Part shown: positions 1 to 17,522 of the stretch, in pieces
Layout of the letters: the number at the start of each line of letters is the position of its first letter
How positions within the stretch are numbered: position 1 is the stretch's first letter
Source: Eledone cirrhosa
Taxonomy: Eukaryota
DNA: 64,000 nucleotides
Direction of reading: 5' to 3'
Assembly (NCBI GenBank): GCA_964016885.1
Contig: OZ024743.1
Location: 250,914,001 to 250,978,000 of the forward strand
Translations under genes and position numbers: made by a program
The notes under the pieces: generated by a model
The model's database searches: none
What the model saw: the letters and a program-made list of their open reading frames with translations, nothing else
What the model was told of the DNA's origin: nothing

Positions 1-269
1 GGAACAAAGAGGGAGAGATAGAAGCTATTACTCTCTCTACTACTCATCTCTATTACTCCTAAATATTTCCCTTTCTTCTTTACACCCCTACCCTTTGTGT
101 CTTGGTCACTGTCTTTCTCTCTTTCTACCTTTTTCTCTGTCCCCGCTCTCTTTACCTCCCCTCCTCCAGCCTACCAAAAATTTGTGCAATGAAGAACAAC
201 TAATATCCAACTAGCATGCAAATGGGTGTCTTTGAAGAATTCTTATATATCCAAACTTAATAGAATCAA

Positions 270-276
270 TATATAA

Positions 277-308
<32 letters not shown>

Positions 309-309
309 T

Positions 310-381
<72 letters not shown>

Positions 382-404
382 ATATTATATATATATATAT
401 ATGT

Positions 405-444
<40 letters not shown>

Positions 445-582
445 ATATATATTATATATAAGTATATATATATATGTATTATATATAAGTATATGTATAT
501 ATATTATATATATGTATATATATATATATTATATATATGTATATATATATATATATATTATATATATATATTATATATATAT

Positions 583-614
<32 letters not shown>

Positions 615-736
615 CATATATATATATATGTATATATATATATTTATATATTTATATATATATATATATATATATATTATATTATATATGTATATATATA
701 TATATTTATATATATATATATTATATATATATATTA

Positions 737-768
<32 letters not shown>

Positions 769-802
769 CATATATATATATATGTATATATATATATTTA
801 TA

Positions 803-840
<38 letters not shown>

Positions 841-1002
841 TATATATGTATATATATATATATTTATATATAAATATATATATCTATATATATATGTTAA
901 ATTATATATATATAGATATATATGCATATCTATATATATATATTATATTATATATGTATATATATATTATATTATATATGTATATATATATATATATATA
1001 TA

Positions 1003-1050
<48 letters not shown>
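270..1050. repeat. Degenerate (TA)n microsatellite with a short (CA)n
   Basis: Direct dinucleotide repeat; explains the IYIY ORFs. Confidence 0.97.
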
Positions 1051-1054
<4 letters not shown>

Positions 1055-3345
1055 TATCCAGTCTTAATAAAATCATCATACATAGGGATTTCAGTTTTTT
1101 CCTTCGTTGGTAAATTCATTGCCATATACCTCCTGCTTTGGTATATCTTTTGTTTTTGTGCGTGCATGTATGTGTACGTGGCATGTAAGAGTGTGTAGTT
1201 GTGTATGGTTGTATGTGTGTGTATGCTTGTTTGTAGCTGTGCGTGTATGTCAGTGTGTAGCTGTGTGGGTATAGTTGTATGTGTGTGTGCACGCGTGCGT
1301 ATATGGGGGTGTGTGTGACAGAGAGAGAGAGAGAGAGAGAGGGGGGTGGAGAGAGATAATATAGGGTGTCAGCTTCCAAGCAGAAAGGTCGAAACAATAT
1401 ATTACTGTATTGTGAGCACTGAAGTATATCTGAAACAAACACTGGAAACACATAAGCTTGCCCACTGAACTATACATGGCTAAACATAAGGCTGTATGTT
1501 GATATAGGGTTCAATAATGTGTAATATTTGTTTTGAATCGCTCTGTTCTGAGTTCAAATCCTAGCTTAACTTTGCCTTTCATTCTTTCATTTTTTTCAAT
1601 AGCTATTTAACCCATTTGATATCAAACTGCCTAAAACTGACCTGGTTTTATGATTAAAAACTGACCATTTAAAAATGTTTATAAGTACAACATATTATGC
1701 AAAATATCGAAGCACACAAAACTCCATTCTATTATTGATTGGGGGCTCAAGTCATTTAATCAAGAGGGTCTCTTTGATTCTTAGGGTACCTATACGAATT
1801 GAGACTTCACCTCCATTAATTATAGAATAGAAAGGAACTAGGCACAGTGGCTGATATAGCGTGATCAATCCTACATATACATGCATATCTACATGCACAC
1901 ACGTGCTTACACACATGTTCTCACATGCATACACACACTCTTACATATACACACAAATATATGTCATTGCATTTACATACATACACATTTATTTACTCAC
2001 ACACACATTTACACATATGCACACTTACATTCATGCACACACACATATGTTATATACGTACTTACACATGCTCTTGCATACACATTCAAACCGATATATA
2101 TATAAACATTAACAGCATGTGAAAAATAAGCACATGCACAAACTAAACCTAACACAAACCATTATTCAAAAAGAAAATATTAAATGGCCACCAAGAAGAA
2201 GAATCTCAGTTTTTTCTCTTGATAATGGATGGTTAATCCGAAAGGTTTTGGGAATATTAAATTGCTAAAGTCATTTTCAGTCATACTTTTTGTCTTTTAT
2301 TTTACTTTATCTCTCAATTCCCCTGGCAACCTAACCCACTTGCACTGCATGGCTTTCTAAACAAACGGACTTTTCAATTTCATATCCCACAATGCTTCAA
2401 ACACCATCATTTCCACCAATGTTATTATCACTGTCACTATCACCAGCAAATACAGTCAGACAAAAGAAAATATCTATGTAATTAAGACACTTAATTGTCC
2501 AATCTTGAACATGAATATATCTAGAATGACCCAAAGCTATCCACCAATTAAGCAAACTTGGCTCATAAACCATATACGACCTCATTCATCAAACCCTACT
2601 GCATAAGGAAAACAAAAATCACAATCAATCGTCCCAACCTCCCTACAAATCAACAACCAGCCTGCCACAATTACTGGTATAGGGGTGATGTGTTTTGTCA
2701 GACTGCAGTCATTGAATTAAATAGTTTCTATAAAATAATTTGCAATGACTACAACCCAATTGGGGAATTAGTCATGCTCCCCACACCCAATGCAATCACT
2801 TGAAATTTTCTCCTTTTATATAACCATAATGAACACGATGTGACCTAGAACCCTCTAATGAAATAAAGCATAATCTCTATAAGTCAGGTAGTGATATTGT
2901 GGTCAGTTTCCTTGATATCACACACAAGAAACACACAGACAAGAAATAGGTGGTAATGTCAAGAGAGGGGAGAAAAAGTCCTTGCTGACCAGAGAGCGAA
3001 AAGATATCATCCAGCTACCACAAAGAGATGGGGTGAAAGACCAAAACCCGACAACAAGTGTTAGAGGACAAGAATAGAGGCGATAACTAAGATGGTCAGA
3101 CAGTGCCGCTGGCATTGAATGTTAAACGCAGGAGATTGTAAATTGTATGAAAAGTATGAGAAGGTAGGTTTGTGGTCACAGTTGAAAAATGGTGAGTCAA
3201 AAAATTATTCATAAGAAATCATCTAGAACATCAAATGATTTCAATTCCTTTCTATAATATATATATATACATATATATAAATGTCAGCTTGGAAAGATGG
3301 ACGTAAAACGGTGATGATGATATATATGTATGTATATATATATAT

Positions 3346-3686
3346 ATCATCATCATCATCACAGTTTTACGTCCGTTCTTCCACGCTAGCATGGGTTAGA
3401 CGGGTTGTCCTGTTGATCGCAGTGTCCAGTCGGCTGACCTTGACTTGCTCATACAGGAACTGATTCTGTCTTGATTTCTACAGCTGGATGCCCTTCCTAA
3501 CACCAACCTCATTTACAGTGAGTGGTGGGTGTTTTTTTGCCATGGCACCTCCACGACCACTTTGCAGTGGGGAGGCGGGGGGGGGGGGGGGCATATTGTC
3601 TATATGCTTCAGCTTTGGCTTGTTCCTGTGGGAAGTCGGGTCTTCTGTATCACTGCGTTACGCCAGAGGTCACGGTCGTGTCATAT
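3346..3686 (-). mobile_element. RTE-clade LINE 3' end (family RTE-2): ORF end, long 3'UTR and (GAT)n tail
   Basis: Minus strand encodes ...DRDLWRNAVIQKTRL; UTR contains GGTTGGTGTTAGGAAGGGCATCC; homologous to 22048-22720, 30218-30908 and 46410-46930. Confidence 0.8.
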
Positions 3687-3706
3687 ATTTATATATAGAT
3701 AATTAT

Positions 3707-3806
<100 letters not shown>

Positions 3807-4097
3807 AATAGGGAGTGCACAGGACAAAGACCATGAAAAAAACAACGGAATGATGGTGAGTACCATCTCCTCAGTCAACCTCTGGAAATCATTACAATTT
3901 CTGTATATTAAGGTTGATACCACTCATTCCAGTTCACATTGGGACATAACAAAATAGGTAGAGACAAGTTATGTCTTCAGGCAAATTACACAAATATAGA
4001 GTGTGCATAGGATTAGTCTAAGCATAAAAACATAGAAGGGAGAGAAATAGTAAACCAGAAGAGAGCAGGACGGATAATGATTGATCGAAGGAGAGGA

Positions 4098-4202
<105 letters not shown>

Positions 4203-4449
4203 AGTTATTCCGGGTTGAATCGGAGGTAACCACAGTAAGTATTTCTATTCTTCGATCAATCATCATCATCATCATGTACACTACTACCACTGCTACCACC
4301 ACCAGTATTAACAGACATGTTATTATATTTGTTCTGTTCTCTCTTGTTTTATTTTGGTTCATGGTTGAATTACTCTGGTTCTGGTGTGTGCGTACGTGTG
4401 TGGCTATGCATGTGTCAGTGCCATGGTTGAGTAACTTTAGTTCGAGGGT

Positions 4450-4520
<71 letters not shown>

Positions 4521-4768
4521 TGGTTCAGTGACTTTGAATTGGGAGTATCTGTGAGTGTGTGTTCATCTGTGTGTATGTGTGTGTCTATCTGTGTGTCTGT
4601 GTATGTGTGAGTGTGTGCTTCAATGAGTATCTTGGGAGTATCTGTATATATTTGTTTACTTCTCTCTACTCTCCACACACACAAATGCACACTCATTCCT
4701 CTTTAATAGCATCAATGCATTTGTCTGTGTATGTATACGTATGTGTATGTAATGTGTTTGTGTGTGCG

Positions 4769-4799
<31 letters not shown>

Positions 4800-4840
4800 G
4801 TGTGTATATATATATGTGTGTATATATATGTATATACATA

Positions 4841-4892
<52 letters not shown>

Positions 4893-4952
4893 TATATGTG
4901 TATATATATATATATATGTATATATATAAGTATATATATATATATATATATA

Positions 4953-6590
4953 TCATCATCATCATCATCATCATTTTACGTCCGCTTTTCCCTGCTTGCA
5001 AGGGTGGGACGGGTGTTATTCAACACAGCATCTCTCCACTCGTCACGGTCCTTCGTCATCTCCACCGTGAGCTTCAATGATCTGAGGTCTGTTCTCACCA
5101 CCTCCACCCATGTTTTTCCTGGTCTACCTCTACCACGTCTTCCTTCAACTGGCATTTCCTGGCGATTCTTCACCCATCGGTCATCCTCCACACGCATCAC
5201 ATGTCCATATCACCTCAGTTTCCTCTCCCGTACATTACATTCTATCCCTCTCAGACACAGTTTCTCTCTCAACACATTTATGCTGGGTCGTTCACGCACA
5301 TTTACACTGCACATCCAACAGAGCATGCTTGCCTCATTTCTCTCCAGCCGTCGCATATCCTCTGCAGTTGTTGCCCATGTCTCACTACCATGCGGGCATC
5401 GCGCTCCTCCACACAGGCATCATACAACCGGCCTTTTGTACGCAGGGAGAAACCCTTCTTAGTCAGCAGAGGAAGCAGCTCCCTAAACTTCTTCCAACCC
5501 GTCATTATTCTAGATACTATGGCCTCGGAATACCCTCGTCCCATGCTAATCTGATCTCCTAGCTACCGGAAGCTATCCACCACTTCTATAGCGCCCTCTT
5601 GCATTTGAAAAATATGTCTATCAGTGCGACTTCTACTGTCTAATTTCCCTGTACATCTACTGCATACATATTTCTCCCTACCTGTTAGTTTGCCTGCTAT
5701 CCCGCTATATCTCTTGTGTACCCAGGATCTGCATTGTGTGCATTTTATAGAATTTATGCCAGTTCCTTTTCTGCATATCGAACATGGCCATTTCCATGAC
5801 GGAATCAGAGTTTTGTCCTCTTTTTAAATCATCAACACTTTTGTCTTAGCTAGGTTCACTCTCAGTCCTCTTGCTTCCAACTGCTGTTTCCATAGCCAGA
5901 ATTTATTCTCTAGCTCCTCTACTGATTCTGCTATAAGAACCAGATCGTCAGCATAGAGAAGTTCCCATGGACAACCAGTCTTAAACTCCTCTGTTATGGC
6001 TTGGAGGACTATAATGAACAAGAGCGGGCTGAGGAACGAACCTTGATGTACTCCTACTAGTATATGGAATTCCTCACTAAACTCCATTCTTACCCTGACT
6101 TTACTGAGAGTACCTCTGTACAAAGTTTGCACTGTCCTCACAAGCCATTCCTCAACACCTAGCTTCCTTAGGGACCACCAGATGACAGATCAGGGTACCC
6201 TATCAAAGGCCTTCTCTAGGACAACAAAGGCTAAGTATAGTGGCTTATTTTTCTCTAAGAACCTCTCTTGCAATTGTGTCACCAAGAAGAGGGCATCTGT
6301 TGTACTCTTCCCAGGCACAAAACCAATCTGCATCTCATCTAGTTTGACCCTTTCTCTAATTAGTTGTGCTAATATCCTTTCTGCCACTTTCATAACCTGA
6401 TTCATCAGTTTTATACCTTATAATTGCTCCGCTCCAGAGCATCCCCTTTACCTTTGTAGCAATTTGTGAGAATACTGCTGCACCAGTCTTTGGGTATGAC
6501 ACCACCATATATAGCCTGATTGATGATGCGTGTAACCAGCTTAGTGCCTATGTCCCCTGATGCCTTCAGCATCTCAGCAACTATATCTGT
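4953..6590 (-). mobile_element. 5'-truncated RTE-clade LINE (family RTE-1), frameshifted reverse transcriptase pseudogene
   Basis: Fragments [83 protein letters not shown]; (GAT)n tail; (TA)n on both sides. Confidence 0.93.
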
Positions 6591-7239
<649 letters not shown>

Positions 7240-8390
7240 GTCAGTTAACACTTTCTCTCTACTGACCTCTTCCTCGCACTTATTCTTCTCCATGCAGTAT
7301 TCTTCTCCCCATATTTTTCATATATTTACCTAAACTGCGATTCTGTGTTTCTCTCTTTCTCTCTTACTGCTCCCCCGTTCTCTCTGTTTCTCTTACTTTC
7401 TTTCGTCCCCTCTGTCATGTCAGTTAACACTTTCTCTCTACTGACCTCTTCCTCGCACTTCCACTCACCCACTCTCTGTTTCTCCCCTTCTTACTTCCTC
7501 CCGTCCACTACGAACCCGATTTTCCTTCTTTCTCACATCGGATTCACTAGCGAAAGGTCTATTCTTTACTCGCTCATGTATTCACCCAGCTTATACTGAC
7601 AGAATAACCATGCTGCTTGTGTTTCTTTCCATCTTCGGTTAGCTTTCCCCTGTGTTGTTTACTTGTCTCACTCGCTTTACGCGTTTCAATTGTCCCAATA
7701 ACTTATTTTAGTTATTGTCGCACCAACGTGAGGTATATGATTTTTAATGCGATGAAATACCAATGATCGTTGGCAAATCACTGATGAGGGACTCACTTTA
7801 TATCATGTAATCCATGTGCAACTATGCAGTATTCTTCTCACCATATTTTTCATATATTTACCTAAAGTGCGATTCTGTGTTTCTCTCTTTCTCTCTTACT
7901 GCTCCCTCGTTCTCTCTGTTTCTCTTACTTTCTTTCGTCCCCTCCTTTCATGTCAGTTAACACTTTCTCTCTACTGACCTCTTCCTCGCACTTCCACTCA
8001 CTCACTCTCTGTTTCTCCCCTTCTTACTTCCTCCCGTCCGCTACGAACCCGATTTTCCTTCTTTCTCACATCGGATTCACTAGCGAAAGGTCTGTTTCTT
8101 ACTCGCTCATGTATTCACCCAGCTTATACTGACAGAATAACCATGTTGCTTGTGTTTCTTTCCATCTTCGGTTAGCTTTCCCCTGTGTTGTTTACTTGTC
8201 TCACTCGTTTTACGCGTTTCAATTGTCCCAATAACTTATTTTAGTTACTGTCGCACCAACGTGAGGTATATGATTTTTAATGCGATGAAATACCAATGAT
8301 CGTTGGCAAATCACTGACGAGGCACTCATTTTATAACATGTAATCCATGTGCAACCATGCAGTATTCTTCTCCCCATATTTTTCTTATAT
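7240..8390. repeat. Tandem repeat of a ~532-bp non-coding unit (two copies plus partial), flanked by (TA)n
   Basis: ATGCAGTATTCTTCTC recurs at 7292, 7824 and 8357. Confidence 0.9.
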
Positions 8391-8839
8391 ATATGTATAT
8401 ATATATGTTTAGGCGGGCGATGGTCGTCAGTCATCCCGTCTAATTGGATATTGTTTACTGGCTTATAGTCAAGCAATGAAGAAAGAAGATACCTCAATTT
8501 TATGTTATAAAAACATTTTTTATATAGGAGCAATTACAGAATATATACCAATAAATTAGAGCTCCTAGGTTGGGATATATTTAACTCGTCATATTCTACC
8601 GGATGGTGTGATGTCCTCCTTTGGATCACTGCATGAACATTGCACGATAGAGATAGCACGTCTATTGTCTCCGAGGAGATAATCGTTTAATAAATATTGT
8701 TTCAGCTACTGACGTCAGAACATGACGTCAGAACTAAGGCCAGTTAATCGACTGCCTTCACAGTCGACGATAGATGGCGTGATCTTCTACATATGTATAT
8801 ATATATATATGTATATATATATGTATATATATATATATG

Positions 8840-8921
<82 letters not shown>

Positions 8922-8929
8922 TATATACG

Positions 8930-9110
8930 TAAAAAATGAAACGAAATTTCATTTCCCACTCTTAGTACGGCTGTTACTTAAATATAAGTATGTACACGTA
9001 CATACATATATGTATGCAGACGTACAGTAGTATGTATATATATATACATACATGCACACATATATATATGTACGTATGGATTCACCGAACATTTATTATA
9101 ATGCTCGTAG
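8930..9110 (-). repeat. Partial inverted copy of the 440-bp hammerhead element at 13162-13814
   Basis: Reverse complement of GAAATGAAATTTCGTTTCATT and CGAGCATTATAATAAATGTTCGGT. Confidence 0.8.
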
Positions 9111-9158
9111 TGTCTAGCAACCATCGTTGCTCGTTTGTTCAACACTGACAAAGAAACG

Positions 9159-9344
<186 letters not shown>

Positions 9345-9360
9345 ATTTATATATATATAT

Positions 9361-10570
<1,210 letters not shown>

Positions 10571-10574
10571 CCAA

Positions 10575-10795
10575 TTCCTTTCAGGGAAGGAGAAAGAGAG
10601 TGATAAAGAGTTAGTGAGAAAGAGATATAGAGGAAAATTCAACACCAGTACTGGATTAGTACATTTATTACCAATCTAAAAATGATGAAAGACAAAGTTG
10701 CTCTCAGTGGGATTTTGACCTCAGAGCGCCATGATCCAGAACAAATACCAGAAAACATTCTATCTGCTTTCTAACAACTCCGACAATTCACCATC
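10575..10795 (-). mobile_element. Degenerate SINE family 1 (long-tailed variant)
   Basis: Similar to 57800-58046 (GATGAAAG-CAAAGTTG-CTCAG-GGGATTTT-ACTCAGAG). Confidence 0.65.
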
Positions 10796-11101
10796 TTCAT
10801 ATATGTATATTTGCATGTATCTATGTATATTAATGTATGTGTACATATATGTAGTAAATATGAGTATACTTGAAATTCAGAAATTCTATCTGACTTTGGT
10901 TTCTTCAAGCAACTCGTCAAAAATTTTATTGAAATAAATTTAGTGAAATGTAGCATATCTTCATGAACATTTAACAGCCATTTCCCCCAGTAATTATTTA
11001 GTTGTTGAGCAAGGGGATTATAGGAGAAAACAATATGGAAAGAAGAATAGCATGAGAGATATATGTGAAATGTACAATTGTTACAGTGAACGTGTTAGCT
11101 A

Positions 11102-12200
11102 TTAACACTTTTGATACCAACCTAGCTAAAACCATCTCTTGCCCTATAAAAGAAAATCATTCCTTTTAATGGGCTTATATTAAAATTACAATCTTCAAAC
11201 GTAATTTTATATAAAAACCATATATTATCTTACTATCTCCGTTATGAAATAATTAATAATTTTAGTAAATCCATTGAAATTCTTCATTAACTATTTGAAA
11301 TGGAGTGCTGATTCTATAAATCAAAACCATTTATTTTAATGGGTTCCTAATTAATTTATAGTCTTCGAACATAATTTTATATAAGTATTTTATGTTAACT
11401 TACTATGTTAGTGTAAGAAATCAATATTGTGTCTTCCTTGTTATGAACAATTTTCTGTGTAGAAAATTTAGTTTTGTCACAACTTGTGTGTGTGCTCGTG
11501 TACTAGCCAATTGTAACAGCACAAAGCAATTGATAAAACATTGTTGCACCCTTGCTTTGCCCCTCCAATGTGCAGAAACCCTAGGCAAATGCTGTCTCTT
11601 GGCTCCAACAGACAGAATTTAAAAAAATGTTACCTTAGAAGGGAGTACCACGAAAATAAGTGTCCCAAAATGGGGAGAAATGAGGCAAAATGGAGAGATT
11701 TTACATAATGAAAGTTATACCTATTTCCACAAAAATGGGTAGACAAGGAGAAATGAGCCAACATCTCATCGGTCAGGGAGAGTTGATAGGTTTGCATTCC
11801 ATCTCGCGGAGCTCATATAAAATTCTACATTAATTAGTATCGTCAAGAACCTTATGTTAAGTTACTATCTTAGTTATGAAATGATTAATAATTTTCATAA
11901 ATCATTCAAATTTCTTCATCAATTATTTGAAATAGAGTGCTTTTTTATTTAAAAATTGGGTAAAAAGGTTTAAATCTCGAAAATATGTAGCAGTTTATAG
12001 GAACACAAAAGTTTAACCATTTTGATACCAATCCACTGAAAACCAGCTCTGGTTCTATGAAACAAATCCACACTTTTTGAAGGATTCTTTATAATAAAAC
12101 CACTTGTTAAAATTTGTTACAGGTACCATTTTAGTGAAATGATTTTAGTAAATCCCTTCAATTTCTCCATTAATTTATTCAAATGCAGTCTATTTCATTA
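11102..12200. mobile_element. Cluster of old AT-rich MITE remnants starting TTAACC-TTTGATACCAA
   Basis: Related termini at about 1607, 11102, 12013, 31772 and 52695. Confidence 0.5.
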
Positions 12201-13090
12201 GAAATATGCTAACGAAAGTATGCAATAAGATAGCTTGGGGAATGCATGTTTTACGTGTATATTGTAGGCATATAACTAACATTTCCAGAATATCAAAATT
12301 TACTGATGGAATCATATTCTTGGGAAAATATTTACATGACTTTCCTGTTCTGTGAAAAAAAAAAATTAAGAAAAAACTTACGTCAAATAAATGAATCATT
12401 ATAATGTATTCATAAACTGCTTTGAATAACTTTTCAGCTGTGTGATGCAATATTTATATTTAAGAAGTGCAGGTACTCTTAAGAACTATTCTACTTTGTC
12501 ATATAATAGACAGTATATAAAGAGATATAAGTCTTCGCTGAATAAGAAAATATATAGAGCAAGATAAAATTCTTAGCATCTTTAAAAACCAGGCATAAGA
12601 AAAGTATTTCAAAATTCAATTTATTCTTTTGTAATGATTATCCAGTAAAGTCATTGTTTATGAAAAAATCGATCTCATTGAATATTATAATTTTTGCTGT
12701 AATTATTAGAGGATGAAAGTAGGAGAGCTGATTAAATTATTCAAGAAGTGTAGTTAAAAAGCAATACAGAAGGAAAGAAAAGAAAAATAACAAAACATTA
12801 GCCATAAAAAGAAGACATAGCCACCGTGCTTCGTATTCAGAGTTATTTGACGAATGATTTGAAAATGTTTGAGAATTCCGTAGCCCTTGTATATATATAA
12901 GGGGAAATCATCTCTGAATGATGGTTAAAAAAAGGATATTTTAAAACTCATAAAATCTTACACATTCACACAGGTTCTACACGAGTTTCAGAGTGAATGA
13001 AAATGTTGCGAGCACTGTGTTATAATAAATTTAATGTCAGTCGAATATACGATTGTGAAACACTATTTGTAGATCCAGTAGCACGATAGA

Positions 13091-13161
<71 letters not shown>

Positions 13162-13165
<4 letters not shown>

Positions 13166-13814
13166 TGTTTACAAACAAACAAACCGAGCATTATAATAAA
13201 TGTTCGGTAAACCGATACGTGCATATATATATGTGTGCATGTATATATATACATACTACAGTACGTCTGTAAACATACATGTATGTACGTATACATACAT
13301 ACATACTTACATTTAAGTAAGTGCCGTACTAAGAGTGAGAAATGAAATTTCGTTTCATTCTATTCCATTTCTCGTTTTCGGTGTGCCCGGCCGACTGAAC
13401 TCACTCGATATGCAAATTAGGCTGCTCAGCCGTTAATATGCATAAGGAAAGTATATACTTTCAGGCGTTCAACCATCTGGCAGGAAGGTATACGATGCTG
13501 ACGATAGCTAATAAGCTTGAAACTAGTACATCGTTCCTGTGTCAGTGCTGAACAAAAAGGTGACGTGGTTGCCTAAACACTGTACGGCGTAATTCGGGCG
13601 GTTTGTTTGTTTAAACAAACAAACCGAACATTATAATAAATGTTCGGTAAACCGATACGTGCATATATATATGTGTGCATGTATGGTTATATATACATAC
13701 TACTGTACGTCTGTATACATATATGTATGTACGTATACATACATACATACTTACATTTAAGTAAGTGCCGTCATAAGAGTGAGAAATGAAATTTCGTTTC
13801 ATTCTATTCCATTT
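13162..13814 (+). mobile_element. Non-coding partial-tandem element (~440-bp monomer, ~1.45 units) with a hammerhead ribozyme; retrozyme or non-autonomous PLE-like
   Basis: 13173-13370 is directly repeated at 13613-13814; (TA)n on both flanks; no ORF. Confidence 0.85.
13492..13534 (+). ncRNA. Minimal type I hammerhead ribozyme
   Basis: Stem I ACGATG/CATCGT; core CTGACGA; stem II AGCT/AGCT; GAAAC-TA-GTA with palindromic ACTAGT in stem III. Confidence 0.88.
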
Positions 13815-14597
13815 ATATATATATATATATACTTACCTCGCCCTCAAACCCCATAACGACCCGGGTGGGTAGACAAGGGCTGGTACCCCCTACTTGCCGA
13901 ATAAGTTAGGGAAAACCCCAGCTTATTTAGGTAGATGTATCTCTTTTCTTTTCTTTTCCTCTTTGTCTTCTTCTTCCCCCTGTCTCATCCTATCACTTCC
14001 TCCCATCCCCTATTTTCTTCCTCGTCTGCTTTTCCCTTTCACCTACCCCGATGCAGCCCATCGGGCCTCTGTAGCATCAGGTCTCCCACCCCTGTAATTT
14101 TAAGATAGAATTGGCCGAATACGTTTTACTAACTACTTGTTAAACCCTTTAATTTTGTATCAGTTCTGGTACTACAAGTTTTTTCTACAAGTTATTTCTA
14201 TTCTCAACTTATTAACCTGTAATTGTAAGATAGCCTTGTGATTTTTTATTCATTTCTCGCTATCTAATTTTATATATTTTTTTATTTCTTTCTATTATCT
14301 TTTATTGTCTCCTACTCTCATTCGATTTACCTATTCTATAACCTCCCTCTTCCACTTCATACACTATCCTTAGAATCTGCTGTATACATATCACTTTCAA
14401 CGCTTGACCGCTCCGCTCTCTCCCCTATTGTTCTACAGGCAAGTTCAGCCACCCATACCTTCCACCAACTGCCATGATAGACGTATTTGTGTTTACAACA
14501 AATTTTAACCAATCCTCTTGACAACTACAATCTTCCCATATAAGGAAGTACCCCCTTGAAAAGTTCGGCTATTTATTCACCAGGCTAAAAATTCTAA

Positions 14598-14720
14598 TTT
14601 AGTCCAGAAATAGCCGTCGAAAGGGCTTGAGCTCTGTTGTCGGGGTCATACTTTTTCCTATTTCCCACTCTACTACCCTAAGTATTGAGTACTCTGGTGC
14701 GTTATGGTCCATCTGGTTCT
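14598..14720 (+). repeat. PLE-terminus-like repeat family P (other copies 16339-16460, 17311-17498, 44783-44978)
   Basis: Shared CCCACTCTACTACC-AAGTATTGAGTAC-TATGGTCCATCTGGTTC-TTACCAC ending at (TA)n. Confidence 0.8.
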
Positions 14721-14737
14721 TTACCACAATTCCTTTG

Positions 14738-14811
<74 letters not shown>

Positions 14812-14830
14812 ATATATATATATAATATAA

Positions 14831-16270
<1,440 letters not shown>

Positions 16271-16295
16271 TTTCTGGACTTTTCCGACGGAATTC

Positions 16296-16342
<47 letters not shown>

Positions 16343-16457
16343 AACCAGTAAGACCCCGACAGGGGTCTTACTGGTTCCTATTACCCACTCTACTACCTCA
16401 AGTATTGAGTACTTTGGTGCGTTATGGTCCACCTGGTTCCTTACCACATTTCCTTCG

Positions 16458-16505
<48 letters not shown>

Positions 16506-16574
16506 TATATTTGAAAGGAAGGTTTTTAATATGTCCCACACAGGTAAAAATATAGGAAAAAGATGTTGAAAATG

Positions 16575-17275
16575 CAATAGCAGTGTTTGAGAAGGTTTAT
16601 TTACAATAATTTACGACTTTACTGGTTTCACAAGTTTCATGATTTTCAAAAGTCAAGAGAGCTGGCGAAATGTGTGGCTATGCATATGAGAGATTAATGC
16701 AAGTTCCACAATTATCGCGACCCACGTTTTGACCGTTGGTGTTGTATTTATGGTGGATAATTTGATGCTAATGAGTAGCTTTTAAAGCTATTTTGGTTGC
16801 CTTTTGCTTTGGGGATTGCCACAAAAACAATACCAACTGCCATTGACTATTGAATGCATCAGTCATGAATTGCTACTGTCCACATTCACTACCATTTCTG
16901 GGCACGAAGGTATCACCAAACTTGGTTCCTAATCATGAGATGACTCTCAGCTTATCAAATTAGACTTTAAACTTGAGTCACGTTTCTGTAAAAACCTTAA
17001 AGCACGAAGACACTCCCGTGTTTTGGCGTGAAATTACCTAAACATTCAATACCTAATCACAAGTTCTTCGTCAACCTATCGAATTGTACTACAAATATAT
17101 AGCAATCTGAGCCAAAGTTTTGTATAAACCTGAAAGAAATTCCCAACATTAGTTAGATGCAAGATATACGTCGGCATAGCCACACATTTCTCCATCTCTC
17201 TTGACTTTTGAAAATCGTGAAACCGGTAAAATCATAATATTTATTGTAAATAAACCTTCTTAAAAACTCCAATTG
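16575..17275. repeat. Diverged inverted repeat (~105-bp arms, ~490-bp spacer), PLE-terminus-like
   Basis: 16575-16685 versus 17173-17270; right arm contains the GAAACCGGTA half-hammerhead. Confidence 0.65.
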
Positions 17276-17522
17276 TATTTTCAACTTATATATATGTGTA
17301 TATATATATAACGAAGGAGGTGTGGTAAGGAACCAGATGGACCACAACGCACCAGAGTACTCAATACTTATGGTAGTAGAGTGGGTAATAGGAAAATGTT
17401 TGACCCCAACGGCAGAGGTCAAGCTGTTTCGACGGCTATTTCCAGAAATAGCCGTCGAAACGGATTGAGCTCTGCCGTCGGGGTCAAACATTTTCCTACA
17501 CATATATATATATACAGTATAT

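Noticed and set aside
293-1198. Long IY/YI/CV/TH-rich ORFs here and throughout the window
   Set aside because: Translations of (TA)n, (TG)n and (CA)n microsatellites; no domain content
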